From assembly GCF_000372725.1 (NCBI RefSeq), contig NW_005201287.1:62001-126000 (forward strand): DNA of 64,000 nt, read 5' to 3'. Positions within the stretch are counted from its first letter, which is position 1; each line of letters starts with the position of its first letter. The DNA is from Emiliania huxleyi CCMP1516 (Eukaryota). Below the pieces are notes generated by a model that was not told where the DNA came from, searched no databases, and saw only the letters and a program-made list of their open reading frames with translations. The translations under genes and the position numbers were made by a program. Below are positions 37,465-50,693 of the stretch, one piece after another.

Positions 37465-39923
37465 ATGTCGGCCCAGGAGTTCGTTGCTGCCGTCTCCGCC
37501 CTGCACTCGCCGACCGCAAGCGCCGCCGACCGACACGCGGCCAACGCGTGGCTCATCGACTTTGCGGCAGCGAGCGAGGCTCCGCAGGTCTGTGCGGCTC
37601 TTCTCGCTGCGCCGGCGGGCGCAGCCGAGCCGGCCCTCGTCGCCGCGGCGGGCCTGCTCGCCGAGGCGGGCTCGCGCAGCGGAGGTGCCGCGCAGGTCTC
37701 GTCTGTGGGTCCGCTGCTCGAGCTCTACGCCAACCCGGCGCTCACGTCCCGCGCGGCGCTCGCGCGGCTAGCGGCGGCGGCCGCGTACGCCGCCGTCGGC
37801 GCGGCGGCGGCCGATCAGCTGCTGACGCCCGCCGTGGCGGCCAGCCTGCCTCCCGCGAGGCACCGCCGCAGTCTTGGCGCAAAGCGTCTCGGCGCCCGCC
37901 CTCCCACTCGAGACGCCTCCCGGCCCGTCCCTGCAGGCAGCTGCTGCTCGTGCATGCGACGGCTGACGCGCTCGCCGCCTCGGGCTCGGTGGAGGAGCTC
38001 GCGCTCCAGCCCACAGTCACGGCGGCGCGCGCAGTAGCCGTCGGTGCCGTGTCGGCGGCGCTGCTGCCGCCGCCGCCGCCGCCGCCGGGCGCCGCGCCGC
38101 CGCCGCCAGTCGACGCTTGCGCGGCGCTGCGCTGCCTCGCGGCGTGGGCGGAGGCGGGGCTTGGCCTGGAGCAGCTCGCGACGGCGCACCCGACGCTGCT
38201 CGCCTCCCTCACCGCCGCCGTCGGCAGCAGACCCGCCTCCGAGGAGGGTGCGGCAGCGGCGGCGGCTCTGCGCGCGGTGGCCGCCGCGTCCCGCGAGCTC
38301 GGCGAGGGCGAGGAGGAGGCGGCGAGGCGGGCGGCCGGGCCGGTGGCGGCCGCTGTCGGCGGGTGGGCGGGGGAGGTTGGGCGGCTCGGCGTGTGTGTGG
38401 AGGACGAGGTCGGCGTCGCTTTCGCGGCGGAGCTGACTGCGCTGGCGGGCGGCGGCCCGCTGCAGTCTCCCGCGCCGAGATTGCGGCGAGATCAGCCGAG
38501 GTGCGGCCGAGACCGGTAGGCGGCGCTGTTGCTCGAGTCGATGGCCGAGGCGTTGCCCGCAGAGCTCACCGCGGTGGCGGGCGGCGGGGGCGGCGGCGGG
38601 CCGGTCCCGGAGGCGATGCCGCCGCCGCCGCCGCCGCCCGTGCCGCCGCCGCCGAGCGCGGGCCTGGTGGGGCTCCTGCTTGGCAGCACGGTGCGGGAGG
38701 CGTGGTGAGAGGTCGAGGCGCAACGAGGGCCGCGTCGCACACACTGCGCGTGAGTAGGCGCACCCGGTGGAGAGAGTGGCCGAGGCGGCGGCCGAGGGGT
38801 GGATGGCCCTGATCGAGGCCCTCGGCCCGCCTCGGCCGCCGCCCCCGCCTCCGTCGCCGCTGCACGTTGCCGCTCCCTCCGCCGCCGGCGCGGAGCGGTG
38901 GCGGTCGGAGCTGTTCGGGGGTGTGGCGGAGCGGTCTCTCGTCCGCTGCTCGCGGCTTGCGGCGAGCGAGTAGGATATCTCCCCACATCTCCCCCTACCT
39001 CCCCATACCTCCCCATACCTCCCCATACCTCCCCATACCTCCCCATACCTCCCCATACCTCCCCATACCTCCCCATACCTCCCCATACCTCCCTATACCT
39101 CCCCATACCTCCCCATACCTCCCCATACCTCCCCATACCTCCCCATACCTCCCCATACCTCCCCATACCTCCCCATACCTCCCTATACCTCCCCATACCT
39201 CCCCATACCTCCCCATATCTCGCGGCTTGTGGCGAGCGAGCGAGCAGCCCCGCGCGCGGGTGTGCGGTGGCAGCCATCAGCGCGGCGCCGTCTCCACCGC
39301 AGGCGAGCGAGCGCGGCGATGACCTGGACGACCTGTGCGGCTGGCGAGAGCGCGCTGCCCGCCCGCTGCTCACCGCGAGCTCGGAGCAGCTCGGCGTGAG
39401 CTGGCTCGCTATGCTCGCAGCGACCCTCTCGCCCGCGCCCAAGCCCGGGAACCCCGTGCCCGTCATGACGCCGGCGGGCCGTGCACACGTCGGCGGCTGA
39501 CCGCGCCGCGATTGTGGACAGGCCGCACGGGGCCGACGGCGAAGCGCTGCTCTTCGCCGCCTCCTGCTCCTCCCCCGCCATCTGCGGCGGGCCCCACCCG
39601 CCGCCGGGCCACGCCTCGCAGACAGGGCCGCCGCAGGCAGGGCCGCCGCGGCCTCCTCCACACCCCGAGGCGGCGGCGGCGGCGGCGGCGGTGCTCTCTG
39701 CGCTCGCCGCGCGGGTCGACGGCCTGGAGAGCGGTCCGGCCGCGCGTCAGGGGCGACAGGCTGTCAGCGCGACGCGATTGCCGTGTAGGTGGACTTTGAG
39801 CTCGACCGAGTCGCGGCGGAGGCGACGTCGGCGGCGGACCACGGCGCCCTGTCCGCGCTCATCACGGACTACGAGGACGGATGCCGGCGCGCCCTCGAGC
39901 CGCTGGCTCTGTACTCGCTATAG
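37465..39923 (+). CDS. Importin-beta/transportin-3-like (ARM/HEAT) protein, multi-exon
   Basis: N-terminus AVSALHSP...RHAANAWLIDF...APQVCAALL resembles TNPO3/IPO13 starts; ALRCLAAW motif. Exon structure and 3' end are approximate. Confidence 0.55.
38980..39220. repeat. Intronic 10-bp tandem repeat (CCCCATACCT)n
   Basis: About 23 copies. Confidence 0.98.
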
Positions 39924-41712
39924 CCCTGGCCCTCCGCGTGCAGTCTCCGAGGGACCGAGGCTCGTGGGCCGTAAGTGTGTGTGGAGTCCTGACGTGTGCA
40001 TGCTTCCCGCAACAAATGGAATTCTAATTCGGCACCGGTCACTGGGCCGGGGACACGTAGTCGTAGATCAGACGTAGATTCTCCGCAAATATGAAATATG
40101 AAATAAAACCGCACCCCCGCCTTACGAGTTCGCCTGAACCCTCTCACTCAGGCGTCAGGGTGGTGCTGTACCTTGTTAGCCGTCGCCCACCCTTGGTTGG
40201 GCGACTGCCGCTATTAAAATTAAATAATAGCAAATAAATAGAGCAGGTAGGCAGCTCCATGAGAGATGGGCGACGCACGAGCACAGAGGCACAGCGCGCA
40301 CCCCGCCCCGCGCGCGCGCCGCACTTAAGCATACACCTACAACTTGTGTCTTGATTTGCCAACAATCAAAGAGATATATTTGCCACTTTCCGCACAAACA
40401 TGGCACCCGACCAGCTGAAGCTCTAGACTCGTCGACCGAGCTCTGGACGATGCCGACCTCAAACCACCAGCGCCAGCAACGACGTGCCGCGGCTCGCCGC
40501 GCCGCTGTTGCGACCGACGACGTGCCCGACGCCGTCCCGCGGCCGAAAGGAAGAGGCCCGCGCAACCACTTCTGGGACCCGCGGCCGCCGGGCGTGCGGC
40601 GGCACAACGAGTCGAACGAACCGAACCAGCGCAGAGCGGCGCGTCTCGCGAGCGCCCGCGGCCGCCACGCCGACGCCGTCCGCGGCCGACGGTGGTCGCG
40701 AATCAACGCGGCGCGGTGCAACGAGGCCAAGTCCTTCCAGGCTCCCGCCAGCAGCGCCTCGTGGCGTGGGCTGCACGGCCCTTCGAGACGGCCCGGGGGG
40801 CGGTGAGAGACCTCTCCCGCCGGCATGGCGCACTATATCACCCGTAGAGGCCTCTCTATAGTCGCCTTTTGGCACCTCCTCTCTCCACGCCGCCGATTAG
40901 ACCTCGCCGCATCGCATCGCCCCCTTCCCTGCCCCGTCGCCCTCCTGAGCTCTCCCTCCTTCGCTCCAGCCATGCACAGGACGGCTGGACCATTGGCCCG
41001 CGTGCCAGGCGTCCGGGACGGCCGGGTATCGGCTCCGTACTTTGAGCCCTCTTGGGCCACCCTCGCGTCCACCGGCCGGCAGAGCACCGCTTGGGCGACT
41101 CAGACGGCCCGCCCGACCAGCGCGTTCGATCGTGCCGCCCCCACAGCGTCAGTGGCGTGCGTGGGGTGGCAGGCGGCGTCAGCGCAGCCCCTCGTGGGGG
41201 TGCCCACCGCTCTCCTCTCACCGCTCCCCCCCGCCCGTGGCACCCCACACACTCGTCCCTCCTCAGGGGCGCAAGGCGGCACGGCACGTTCAGCGCTTGC
41301 CTCGGCCCACCTCGCCTTCACGCCCGCCACCGCGACCAAGGAGGTGGCCTCGGCGGCCCAGATGAAGCCCGTGCGGCTCGTTTGGGAGCCGCATGCCGTC
41401 CCTCTCTCGCCGGCGCTGCTCACCACGCCCAAGCCTACGCCGAGGAACCCGTCGCGCCCGTCGCTCACGAGCTGGTGGCTCGCATCGACCGAGCTGTCCA
41501 GCTTTCTCACGCCCTGCCCACGATCAAATTCGAGACGACCAACATCCGACCACAAAAAAGGCCCGCGCGTGCTGCGCGGGCCGGCGAGCGACTAGCGAGC
41601 CAACCTGCTAGTATACCTAATACAACTTGAGCAGCGCACACAGGCCGGCGGAGGTTTTTTTAACGTCAACCTCACCCAGACAACTAGTCCGGTACTAGTC
41701 CTGGTGCCCTCG

Positions 41713-42315
41713 ATGTACGGTGGCGGCGGATACGGCGGCGGCGGCGGCAAGGGCGGCGGCGGCTACGGCGGCGGCGGCTACGGCGGCGGCGGCAAGGGCG
41801 GCGGCAAGGGCAAGGGCAAGGGCACGTCTGCGTATGACCCTGACCGCGGCACTCGCGGCGGCGGGAAGGGACGGAACTCCGATGCCGACTTTGGCGACTT
41901 CAGCAGCATCCTCGATCGGCCCAGGGACCGCTCTCCGCCACGAGGCGGCGGCCGCCACGGCGACCGCGGAGGCGACGGCCGCGGCGGAGACGGCCGCCGC
42001 GACGACCGCGGAGGCGAAGGCCGCGGAGGCGAAGGCCGCCGCGACGACCGCGGAGGCGGCGAACGGCGGGAGAGGGACCGGGACCGCCGCGATGACTCGC
42101 GAGACCGCGACCGCCGCCGCGACCGCTCGCGCGAGCGCCGTGACGACCGCGGCGGCGACCGCCCCCAGGGGGACCGCCACGAAGACTCGCGCGACCGCGG
42201 CCGCGGGCAAGACGACCGGCGGCGCGATTATGGCGGCGACCGCGGAGACCGCGGAGGTCGCGAGCGGCCGCCGCCCTCCGAAAGCGCGGGCGGCGGCGGG
42301 GGCGACGCGCGCTAA
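41713..42315 (+). CDS. Gly-rich and Arg/Asp-rich low-complexity protein (SR/RGG-like)
   Basis: MYGGGGYGGGGGKG... and RDRSPPR...RDRSRERR; consistent codon phase. Confidence 0.65.
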   Translation: MYGGGGYGGGGGKGGGGYGGGGYGGGGKGGGKGKGKGTSAYDPDRGTRGGGKGRNSDADFGDFSSILDRPRDRSPPRGGGRHGDRGGDGRGGDGRRDDRGGEGRGGEGRRDDRGGGERRERDRDRRDDSRDRDRRRDRSRERRDDRGGDRPQGDRHEDSRDRGRGQDDRRRDYGGDRGDRGGRERPPPSESAGGGGGDAR

Positions 42316-42692
42316 AGCGATCCACGGAGTGCAGAGTGGCCGGCGAGCAAATTCCGCCCCGCGCCACGCCCGGGCAGCCGCCGGCGCTACCCGGGTACGA
42401 GGCGGGAGGGGCGAGCCCGCACTGCTTGCCCCCCTGCCAGAGGCGCCGGCAGCCCTACCAGCTACCTGCGATGGACTTGGTGGTAGTCTTGTTGTCGCCT
42501 TCACTTCTCTGGCCCATCCACCGGAATCCGCTGCAACCTCCTTCCTATAACGTCTGTTTGTTTCTTTTTTGCTCCAGCAGACTTACGTTACTTACCACAT
42601 AATTGTGCCTTTTTGTCCTAGCACGGGGTCCCCCGTGTGGCCGGAGGTGACAGCAGCAGCCGGAGTGGCCCCGCTTCCCTCGCCTTCTGACC

Positions 42693-45600
42693 ATGCCGGA
42701 CGCCTCCGTCGCCGAACGGACGCTCCTAGGCCAGCGCATCGGTGCCATATCCGGCGCCGAGGCTGCCAAAGGCTGGTCGGACGAGGCCATTGGCAAGCTC
42801 CTCGACCTCGTCAAGTCACAAAAGGGTGAGCGCACACCCTGCTCCGCTCACGTTGCCGCCTCCTCGCCCGTCGCCCGCGATTGCGTGCATCCGCCACCCG
42901 CCGCCAGGTGTCGTCGAGGACCGCGACGTCTGCCTCCTCGGCGAGGTCAAGGCAGCCTTCCGCTCGGCCGGCGTCTCGCGCCTCTCGAGCCGCGAGGCGG
43001 CGGTGCAGGAGATGCAGCGGTTCCTCTTCCCGAAGCCGAAGCCCAAGGGCGAGGACGAGGCGGGCCTCGCCAAGGAGTTCCTCAAGCTCGCGCAGCACGG
43101 CCAGCTCCTCGAGGCGCGCCAGCTCCTGCAGGGCCGCCCGAAGCTGCTGCACGCTCGCTCGACGTCAAAGGGGTACACTGCGATGCACTACGCCGCGATG
43201 GGCGCGTCGCTGCCGCTGCTCGAGTGGCTGGCGGAGCAGGGCCTCAAGCCGGACGTCCTCTCGCAGCCGAAGGATGCCTCTCCCGCCCTCACGCCCGCCC
43301 AAGTCGCTCACGACTACAAGCGCGACGCTGCTGTGGCCTCCCTCTCCCGGCTGGCGGAGGCGTACGCCTTCCTCTCCTCCGCCGGCGCCGAGCTCGACGA
43401 CGCCGCGAAGCTGCGCGCCGCCGCCCGCGCGGGCTGCTCCGCCGCCGCGGCCGTGCTGCTCCGCCGCTCTCCCGCCCTCGCCCGCACCGCCGCAGTCGCC
43501 GAGTCGCCGCACGGCGCACTCGTCGCCGCCGCCCGGGGCTGGCGCACGTAGATGGCTACACCTGCCTTGCGGTCTCACGCCCCTCGCAGTAGCACTTCGG
43601 AGGGCGCAGGCCGCGCGAGCCGCAGTCGATGACGCGCGGTCCGGCACGGATGCCTCCCCCAGGAGGGCACACCGCCGTGCTGCGAGAGCTGGTCCGGCAT
43701 GGAGCGCTCGAGGCGTGCGGGGCCGTCTCTGCGCCGCGCCCCAAACTCTCTCTTCTTTTGCGGGACGTCCGCCTCTTCTGGTGCAGGTCGCGCCGCCGGC
43801 CGGCGCTCCGACGGCGCTGCAGGCGGCGGTGGGCGCAGGGCACTCGGAGGCGGCTTCGCTGCTCGACGAGGCGAGCGCCGCGCTCAAGCTGCTAACGGTG
43901 GGCCAGTTTGCGGTGGGCGAGTCTGCAATGGACCAGCCTGCGCCCCTCGCGGCGGCGGAGGGGCGGGGCGGTCCGCCCAGGGAGAACGGCGCCGGAGGAG
44001 GAGGAGGAGGCGTGGGCGGGGGCGGCGGCGGAGGAGGAGGTGGTGATGGGGGCGAGGGTGGGGGCGAGGGCGAGGCTGCTGCGGCAGAGGGCGGTGGTGC
44101 CGCTCCGGCGGCGTGCTGCGCTCTGGTTGCCGATTGCAAGGTGTCTCGCGGGCGGTGTGTGGTTGCCGACGCATGGGAGCCGCTGCTGGCGGCAGCGCAG
44201 GGCGCGGCGGGCTACGAGGCGGCGCTGTTTCGGTGGAGCGAGAGTGAGCTCGGCCTTCCTGTCTGGCTGCCGGTTGGCTGCCCCCCGCTGCTCCCTCCCT
44301 CCCTCCCTCCCTCCCTCCCTCCCTCCCTCCCTCCCTCCCTCCCTCCCTCCCTCCCTCCCTCCCTCCCTCCCTCCCTCCCTCCCTCCCTCGCGTCACACGA
44401 TTGGCGCGCTGCACCGCCACCTGCCCCGATGCGCCTTGCGGCCGAAGCTGCACCCGCTGCTGCACGACCCTCTGGCCCCTCACCCTAACACCTTCACCCC
44501 TAACACCTTACCCCAACCGCAGGTGCACCCGCTGCTGTACGACCAGTTCTCGCAGGGAGCCCTGCGCGCCGCCGACTCGTACTCCTCCGCCGCGCAACGC
44601 GAGGCGGTTATGCCGCTCGCGACAGGCAACGCCGACGCGCTGCGCAGGCTGACGCAGGTGCCCGGGGCGGGCCCTTCCCACGCCCTCTCCGAGACCTTTC
44701 CGAGACCTTTCCGAGGTGGCTCCTGGCTGGCGCAAGGTGCTTGTGGCGGCGCACACGCCCGCGGACGTGGAGAGGCGGTGCGAGGCGGGGCTGACGGCGT
44801 TGCTCGGCGCCGATCTCGTTGGAGCGCCGCCCCTAGACGCCGCCACACGGACCCGAGACGCCGCCACGCGGACCCGAGACGCAGCCACACGGCCCCCGGT
44901 CTTCCATCTGCCGCTCGAGCCGACACGCACTCGGCTGCCGCTCTCCAGTTTTAGCGGTGCCAGCCCTTGGCATGCCCGCGATCTTGTGGATGCACCGCAC
45001 AGCTCCCCTCCACTCCGCCCTCCCCTCCCCTCCACTCCGCCCTCCCCTCCCCTCGTGCCGCAGGCGCGCACTGGGAGCGACTGACGCCGCAGATGAGGGC
45101 GTGGCTTGCAAGGGTCACGTACTTCCTCCCCGCGGTGCCGTGGGGGAGGGAGGGGTGGAGGGAGACGGAGGCGGCGCTGGCGAGCCGCACGCCCGACTCT
45201 GGCGACGCCGAGATGCTGCGCCTGGAGCTGCTCTGCCTCGAGCTGCTCGCAAAGGCTCGCCCGCTCGCCGCTCTCTTCGACGAGAGCTCCGAGGAGGCGC
45301 GCAAGTCGTCCGCCCGCAACTCGGTGCTGCCGTACCAGCCGCACGCGCCCGACTCGTGCCCCTACCCGCCAAAGCCAAGCCTGACGCCGCGCGACCCGGC
45401 GTCGCACTCGGCGCTGCTGCTGCTGCTCGCGCCGGTGCTACCTTCCGAGGCGAGGCGGACACTTCCTAGACACTTCCTAGACACTTCCTAGACACTTCCT
45501 AGACACTTCAGGGTGCTGCCTTCCGAGGCGGCCTCCCTCTTCCCGCCAGCGGTGCGTGGGGGTGTGAACGGCGTCTCTTCACGCCTCCACCCGTGGGCAG

Positions 45601-46485
45601 GTGCGCGCCGCCTTCCCGCAGTGCCTCCTCCTCAACGGCGGCGGCGTCACCTCCGAAGCGCGCGAGGCCCGTGGCTCGCGCCTCGCCACGCGGCTTGTTG
45701 AGCACTCTCATGAACGATGGATCATTCATCACAGGTCTGTGGCTCGCGTATCGCCACGCGGCTGCTGCTGCAGCGCAGCTTGCCCGACGCAAACCCGAGG
45801 CGCCCCCCCCTTCCCCCCCCCCCCCCCCCGCCTCGCCCCTGCCGTGAGGTCGGGCCGGCCCCACACGTCGTCCAGGTGGGTGCTCGTGCCCGCAGTCTAC
45901 TCGCGCCACCTCGCTCTCGCGGTGCTCAGCCGGCTGGGAGGGCCGCGCTCGGTCGTTCTCCGCCACCCCCACGGCGCGCGCTTTGGGGCGCACGGCGGCG
46001 GCGAGCTCGCGGTCGCTGCCGACGAGCTGGACGACGCGCTGCGCGTGGTGCTCGCCGCCCTCACCCTGGCCCCTCACCCTTGCCCCCAAGCCCCAGCCCC
46101 AACCCTTGCCCTAGCCCCAGCTCACCTTGGCCCTAAGCCGCGCCCTCACCCTGGACACAGGTGCTCGCTTCGCTGAGCGAGTCGGCGCAGTTGGGCGGCG
46201 GAGGGGAGGGCAAGGGGCGGAGCAACGGCGGCGCGGCGCCGAAGCGGGTGGAGGCGGCGCTAGAGGCGGCGCGCTTGCTGCCCGCCGGAGACAGCGTCGG
46301 CGTCGAGCTCGTCGTCGAGCTCTCCGGAGATAGAGCAGGAGACGGCGACTAGACAGGGAGCTGTGAGCAGGCGTGTTGCTCGCCGAGGAGCTCGTGCCCG
46401 GGACGGCGCTGCCGCAGGACGGCAAGAGGGGCTGGTTTGACCCGACGATGCGCGGCTACTTTGTGGCGCGTGCTTCGGCGCAGGG

Positions 46486-46537
<52 letters not shown>

Positions 46538-47986
46538 TTGGAGGGAAGCGTGCTCGGCGGCGCCTGCCGCTTCCCTCCGCAGCCCCTCTCTGCCGCCTTC
46601 AGCGCGCTCGGCCAGACAATGCACGTGCCTGGGGCTCCGCACGCGGCGATCTCCGCTCGGCAGCCGCGATGAGTGACAACCGGAGGAGTGAGTGAGTTGA
46701 GGAGGCTTGCTACTAGGCGCGCCCGCTCGGCGCGTCGATGGCTGCCGCAGGCCTCGGCGGGCGGCTCGACGCAGCAGCTAGAGAGGACCCTCCTCCGAAG
46801 CTTCTCTGAACTTCCCTGCAGGCTTCGGCGGGCGGCTCGACGCCGCGGCTCTGTGCGGCGCCCTCTGCCGAGGCGCTCCCCTGCGCGAGGTCGTCGGCGG
46901 CCTCCTGGCGGCGGAAGATCCGCTCCGTCACCTCGCTGCGATGGCCATCCTTGCAAACGCGGCGGCGGGCGCGCGCGAGGTGAGGCTGGACGCAGAGGCG
47001 CTGCCCGAGACTTGTCCGCGACACGTCCGGGACGTGTTCCCCACAGGTGCGTCCGGACGGGGAGGCCCTCTCGCACGCGCAGCGAGAGCTGCTCGGCGGC
47101 TCCTTCCACGCCAACGCGCGGCTGTGGCCCGAGCACGCCCCGCTGCTGCAGCGGCTCGCGCGGCCGGCCTACGCGCAGGCGCAAGGGCTAGATCTCGGCT
47201 AGATCTCGGCTGTACCTCGGCTGCACCTCGGCTGCACCTCGGCTGTATCTCTCGGCTGCATCTCGGCTGCATCTCGGCTGCACCTCGGCTGCACCTCGGC
47301 AGCATCTCGGCTGCATCTCGGCTGCACCTCGGCCGCACCTCGGCTGCACCTCGGCTGCACCTCGGCTGCACCTCGGCTGCACCTCGGCTGCATCTCGGCT
47401 GCACCTCGGCTGCACCTCGGCTGCACCTCGGCTGCATCTCGGCTGCACCTCGGCTGCACCTCGGCTGCATCTCGGCTGCACCTCGGCTGCATCTCGGCTG
47501 CATCTCGGCTGCATCTCGGCTGCATCTCGGCTGCATCTCGGCTGCATCTCGGCTGTATCTCTCGGCTGCATCCCGGCTGCATCTCGGCTGCATCTCGGCC
47601 TGGCTACATGCAGGCGCACGGGTCGGCGGTCGCACGCCTCGTCGGACGGCGCCTCCTCGTTGATGTGCTGCTGCCCGACTTTTCGGCGGTCGCGTCGAAC
47701 GGCTTGCGCGAGCCCGACCCCGAGGCGAGATCGAGAGCCGAGATGTAGTCGGGGTTTTGTAGTCTCTAGCGGGGACACTGCTCAGAGCGTGACACGATTG
47801 CGGCAGGTGGTCGCGCTCCACGCGCTGCTCGAGCGCTCGCCTTTCGACGAGGTGCGCCGGCTCGCGCGCGACGTGCGGGCGGGCTACGCGGCGATGGCGG
47901 ACTCGGGCGAGCTGGCGGCGGGGCAGCCACTCCCGAACGCGGAGCACGTGCGCGAGCTGGTCGAGCTGCTCGACGAGGCGGCGTGA
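42693..47986 (+). CDS. Large multi-exon ankyrin-repeat protein
   Basis: Ankyrin motifs KGYTAMHYAAMG, GHTAVLRELVRHGA, PTALQAAVGAGHSEAASLL; a chain of spliceable exons ending ...ELLDEAA*. Could be two genes. Confidence 0.6.
44291..44389. repeat. (CCCT)n microsatellite
   Basis: Direct observation. Confidence 0.97.
47195..47598. repeat. Intronic 10-bp tandem repeat (CTCGGCTGCA[C/T] variants, 10-11 bp)
   Basis: About 35-40 copies. Confidence 0.97.
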
Positions 47987-49199
47987 GGGAGAGGGGAGGA
48001 GACATGCAGATGTTTATGAGATGCGAGAGCGCGGCGGGTAGGAGGTCCCCGGGCAAACGCGGACTGCTTCCGATGTGTGGCCCCTGTGGCTGGCCACTGT
48101 TACCTCTGTCAAATCACAACGCATGTTCGCCACAGGACATCATCCAGACGCTGCTCATACTGCCCCCCAAGACGATAAGTGTGAAGCATGAAGTGACGTT
48201 GGGAGAACGCGCGTGGGGCGTCGGGGGGCGAGGCGCTGCGCGGGCCGGCTAGCGGCATTCACGGCACATAACATTCGGCTCTGAGGGCGGGGGCGCAGGT
48301 AGAGGTAGGGCTGGCGTGGGGGGCCTCAGGTAAAGGTAAACCTGTCTCAGACCGCCGGAGGTAGAGGTAAACGGAAAAACCACGTGAGGGCAGGTATTAC
48401 CAGGTAAACGTACGCCCGTGATGCGTGAACGTAACCCGCCGAGGGCTCTGTCCTCGGGGGGGGGGAGGTGGGACGACCAAGGCCCCGCGAGAGCGCTTCG
48501 CCTGCGGCGCGCCTGCCCGGCCATGGACCAGGCTTCACCGCCGCTTGCCGACGGCTGATCGCATCGCCTACCGCATCATGCGCCGCGCATCGCGAATGAC
48601 CAGTGCCGCGACCACTTGACCTTGCTGCCTGCCTGCTGACCCCCGCGCGGTGCAAAGAATCTGCGCGTCTCTCGGTGCATTGATTGTGCATGATTGCTCG
48701 AGTGGCTCGAATTGGCAATCCACCGCAATGCGAACATGACTGGAGAGCATATGCAACACGGACGCAGGCTTGCCGTTGGCGACGTCGGTTATCAGAGGGG
48801 TCAGGTCATAGTGACGCGCTCGATGGGTTGCTGCATTGACGCACACAGCAAAAGCATCGCAGCAGAGACCTTCTCATGAGTGGCGGCTCGCACCATGCGG
48901 CAGTGCGGACACCAGGTGCGCGAATTTAAGAGCCATTTTTGGCCACCAAGCGAGATCACCCGAGAGCAGCTGAGTCTGCCTCTGGCCTCGCCTCCCTCTC
49001 CCTCAGCACAGGCATTCGTGGCATCCTATGGGTCGTCCAGAGTATCGACCTCTGGCTTGTCAGCCGGTCACTTGATGACACCATGAAGTACAGCGATCGC
49101 CATCTCGCTGGCCTCTCCGCAAGGCCCCCCGACCGCGTCGAACTCATCGGCGCGGGCTCTCTCGGCTACGGGACCGGCCCCAGCTTCGGCTGAGGGCGA

Positions 49200-49600
49200 A
49201 CAAGCTGCCGAGGCCCACGCGCAGCCCGCGGTGACGCAGCGCAGCGAGTGCGAGGCAAAACAGCCGGATCCTCCTCCCGCGCACCTGCGATCGATGCGCC
49301 CACGTCGTCAACGCCTTCCGCTCGTTGCCGTGCGCGAGGGCTGCGAGCGCTCGCCCACGCAGCTGCCGCGACAGCCGCCGGCGCTCCACGAACACCGCGC
49401 GCCAGCTGTTCCAGCCTCGGCGGCCGCACCGGTCTTGGAATGCGTCTGCTGCCCTTCGCAGCAGCCGCCACGCGCGTGCGGATGCTCGTGCGTAGCTCGC
49501 CCACGTGTTGAGGCCCACGCGCAGCCCGCGGTGACGCAGCGCAGCGATCGCGGTCTCTCTTTCGCTACGTGTTCGACGTCGTCGAACAACGTTCGACCAT
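49200..49600 (-). pseudogene. Sfi1-like (centrin-binding) repeat gene fragment
   Basis: Periodic Trp repeats LRVGLNTWA, RRGWNSWRA, RKALTTWA; 38-bp direct repeat at 49210 and 49510; no complete gene visible. Confidence 0.5.
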
Positions 49601-50693
49601 GGCACTGTTCACAGCGCGCGCGGACGGCGGTTCTGCGACTCCTGCTCCGCAGGACTTTTGTAAAGCATGCTTGTGGCAAGTTATGGACGCTAGTATCGAC
49701 CTCAGAGACCCAAACCCGAATTAATAATTAAGGCTCAAAGTATGGTCGAACAACCGTCGAACAAACAGGTCGAACAACGAAAAGAGACTAGTGCGACCGC
49801 TAGACGGCGGTTCCCGCCGGCCCCAAGGCTGCCCACAGCTCCAGTATCACACCGGCCACGTACACCGTAGCGCTGGAGTCGGTCAGTGAGGCACTAGACG
49901 GGCTACGGAACCATGCGCGCGCCGGCCGGACAGGCTGCGCGCATGGGCCGCGCCGCCTCGATTTCGCACCTCCGCTCCGCGGCCAGCTGAGGGGCGCAAG
50001 CTCGCCCGGCGACAAGCCCAGCCATCGCCCAGCGCCCCGTATCGACGGGGGGCACGCAAAAAAAACGCACCTACGACTAGGGTGAGCATGCGAGGGCGTC
50101 GGTGTGGGCCGCGGGCAGGCTGCCAGGAGGGCGCGGGTGGGAGCATGGGAGATGCACCACCGCTCAACGAAGACGCGCCCGACGAAGCCCTGCTAGCGGA
50201 GGATGGTCGATCCTCACCTACTAGTGTCGGGCGTGTGCGAAAAAGAGCGCAAATCGGAGCTCAACTCGCGCGCGGCTTGGAAAGGGGTGTGGCACCTTCC
50301 GAAGGCGCCTACCTAGCGAGGAGCTGCTGCTGCCCCCAAACGCGCTCGGGCAGCACGTCGGCGCGCCAGCGGTATATTGCCAGCGGTGGCGGACTGTATT
50401 CATGTATCTCCTCTCCTGGGGCTTGGCGGGCACAGGCTTTCATATTATTATATCAGCCCACTGTTGGCTTCCAGAACTTTCATGTTTGTCAGTGGCCCCA
50501 CTCGGCGAGCAAGGCCCTCGGCTGATCAAGAGCCCCGGACACGTGGAACGCCCTGCTACTTTCCGTCGAACGCGGGCTGATATTATATTGTATCCGGGCT
50601 GACTACCATGGCGCCTTGGGAGGCGGAGCGGGCGAGGTGAAACCGTCGTCAATCTCAAGATTTTTCTTGGTCCTCATCCACAGAGAGCCCGCG

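Noticed and set aside
38980..39220. CRISPR-like array (also 47195-47598 and 7328-7446)
   Set aside because: Contiguous minisatellites with no unique spacers and no cas genes, in a eukaryotic intron context
40825..41630. Possible small gene on the plus strand
   Set aside because: Parts look coding, but I could not build a consistent exon model or identify a motif
44483..44520. Telomere-like CCCTAA units
   Set aside because: Only a few degenerate units, within a short intron
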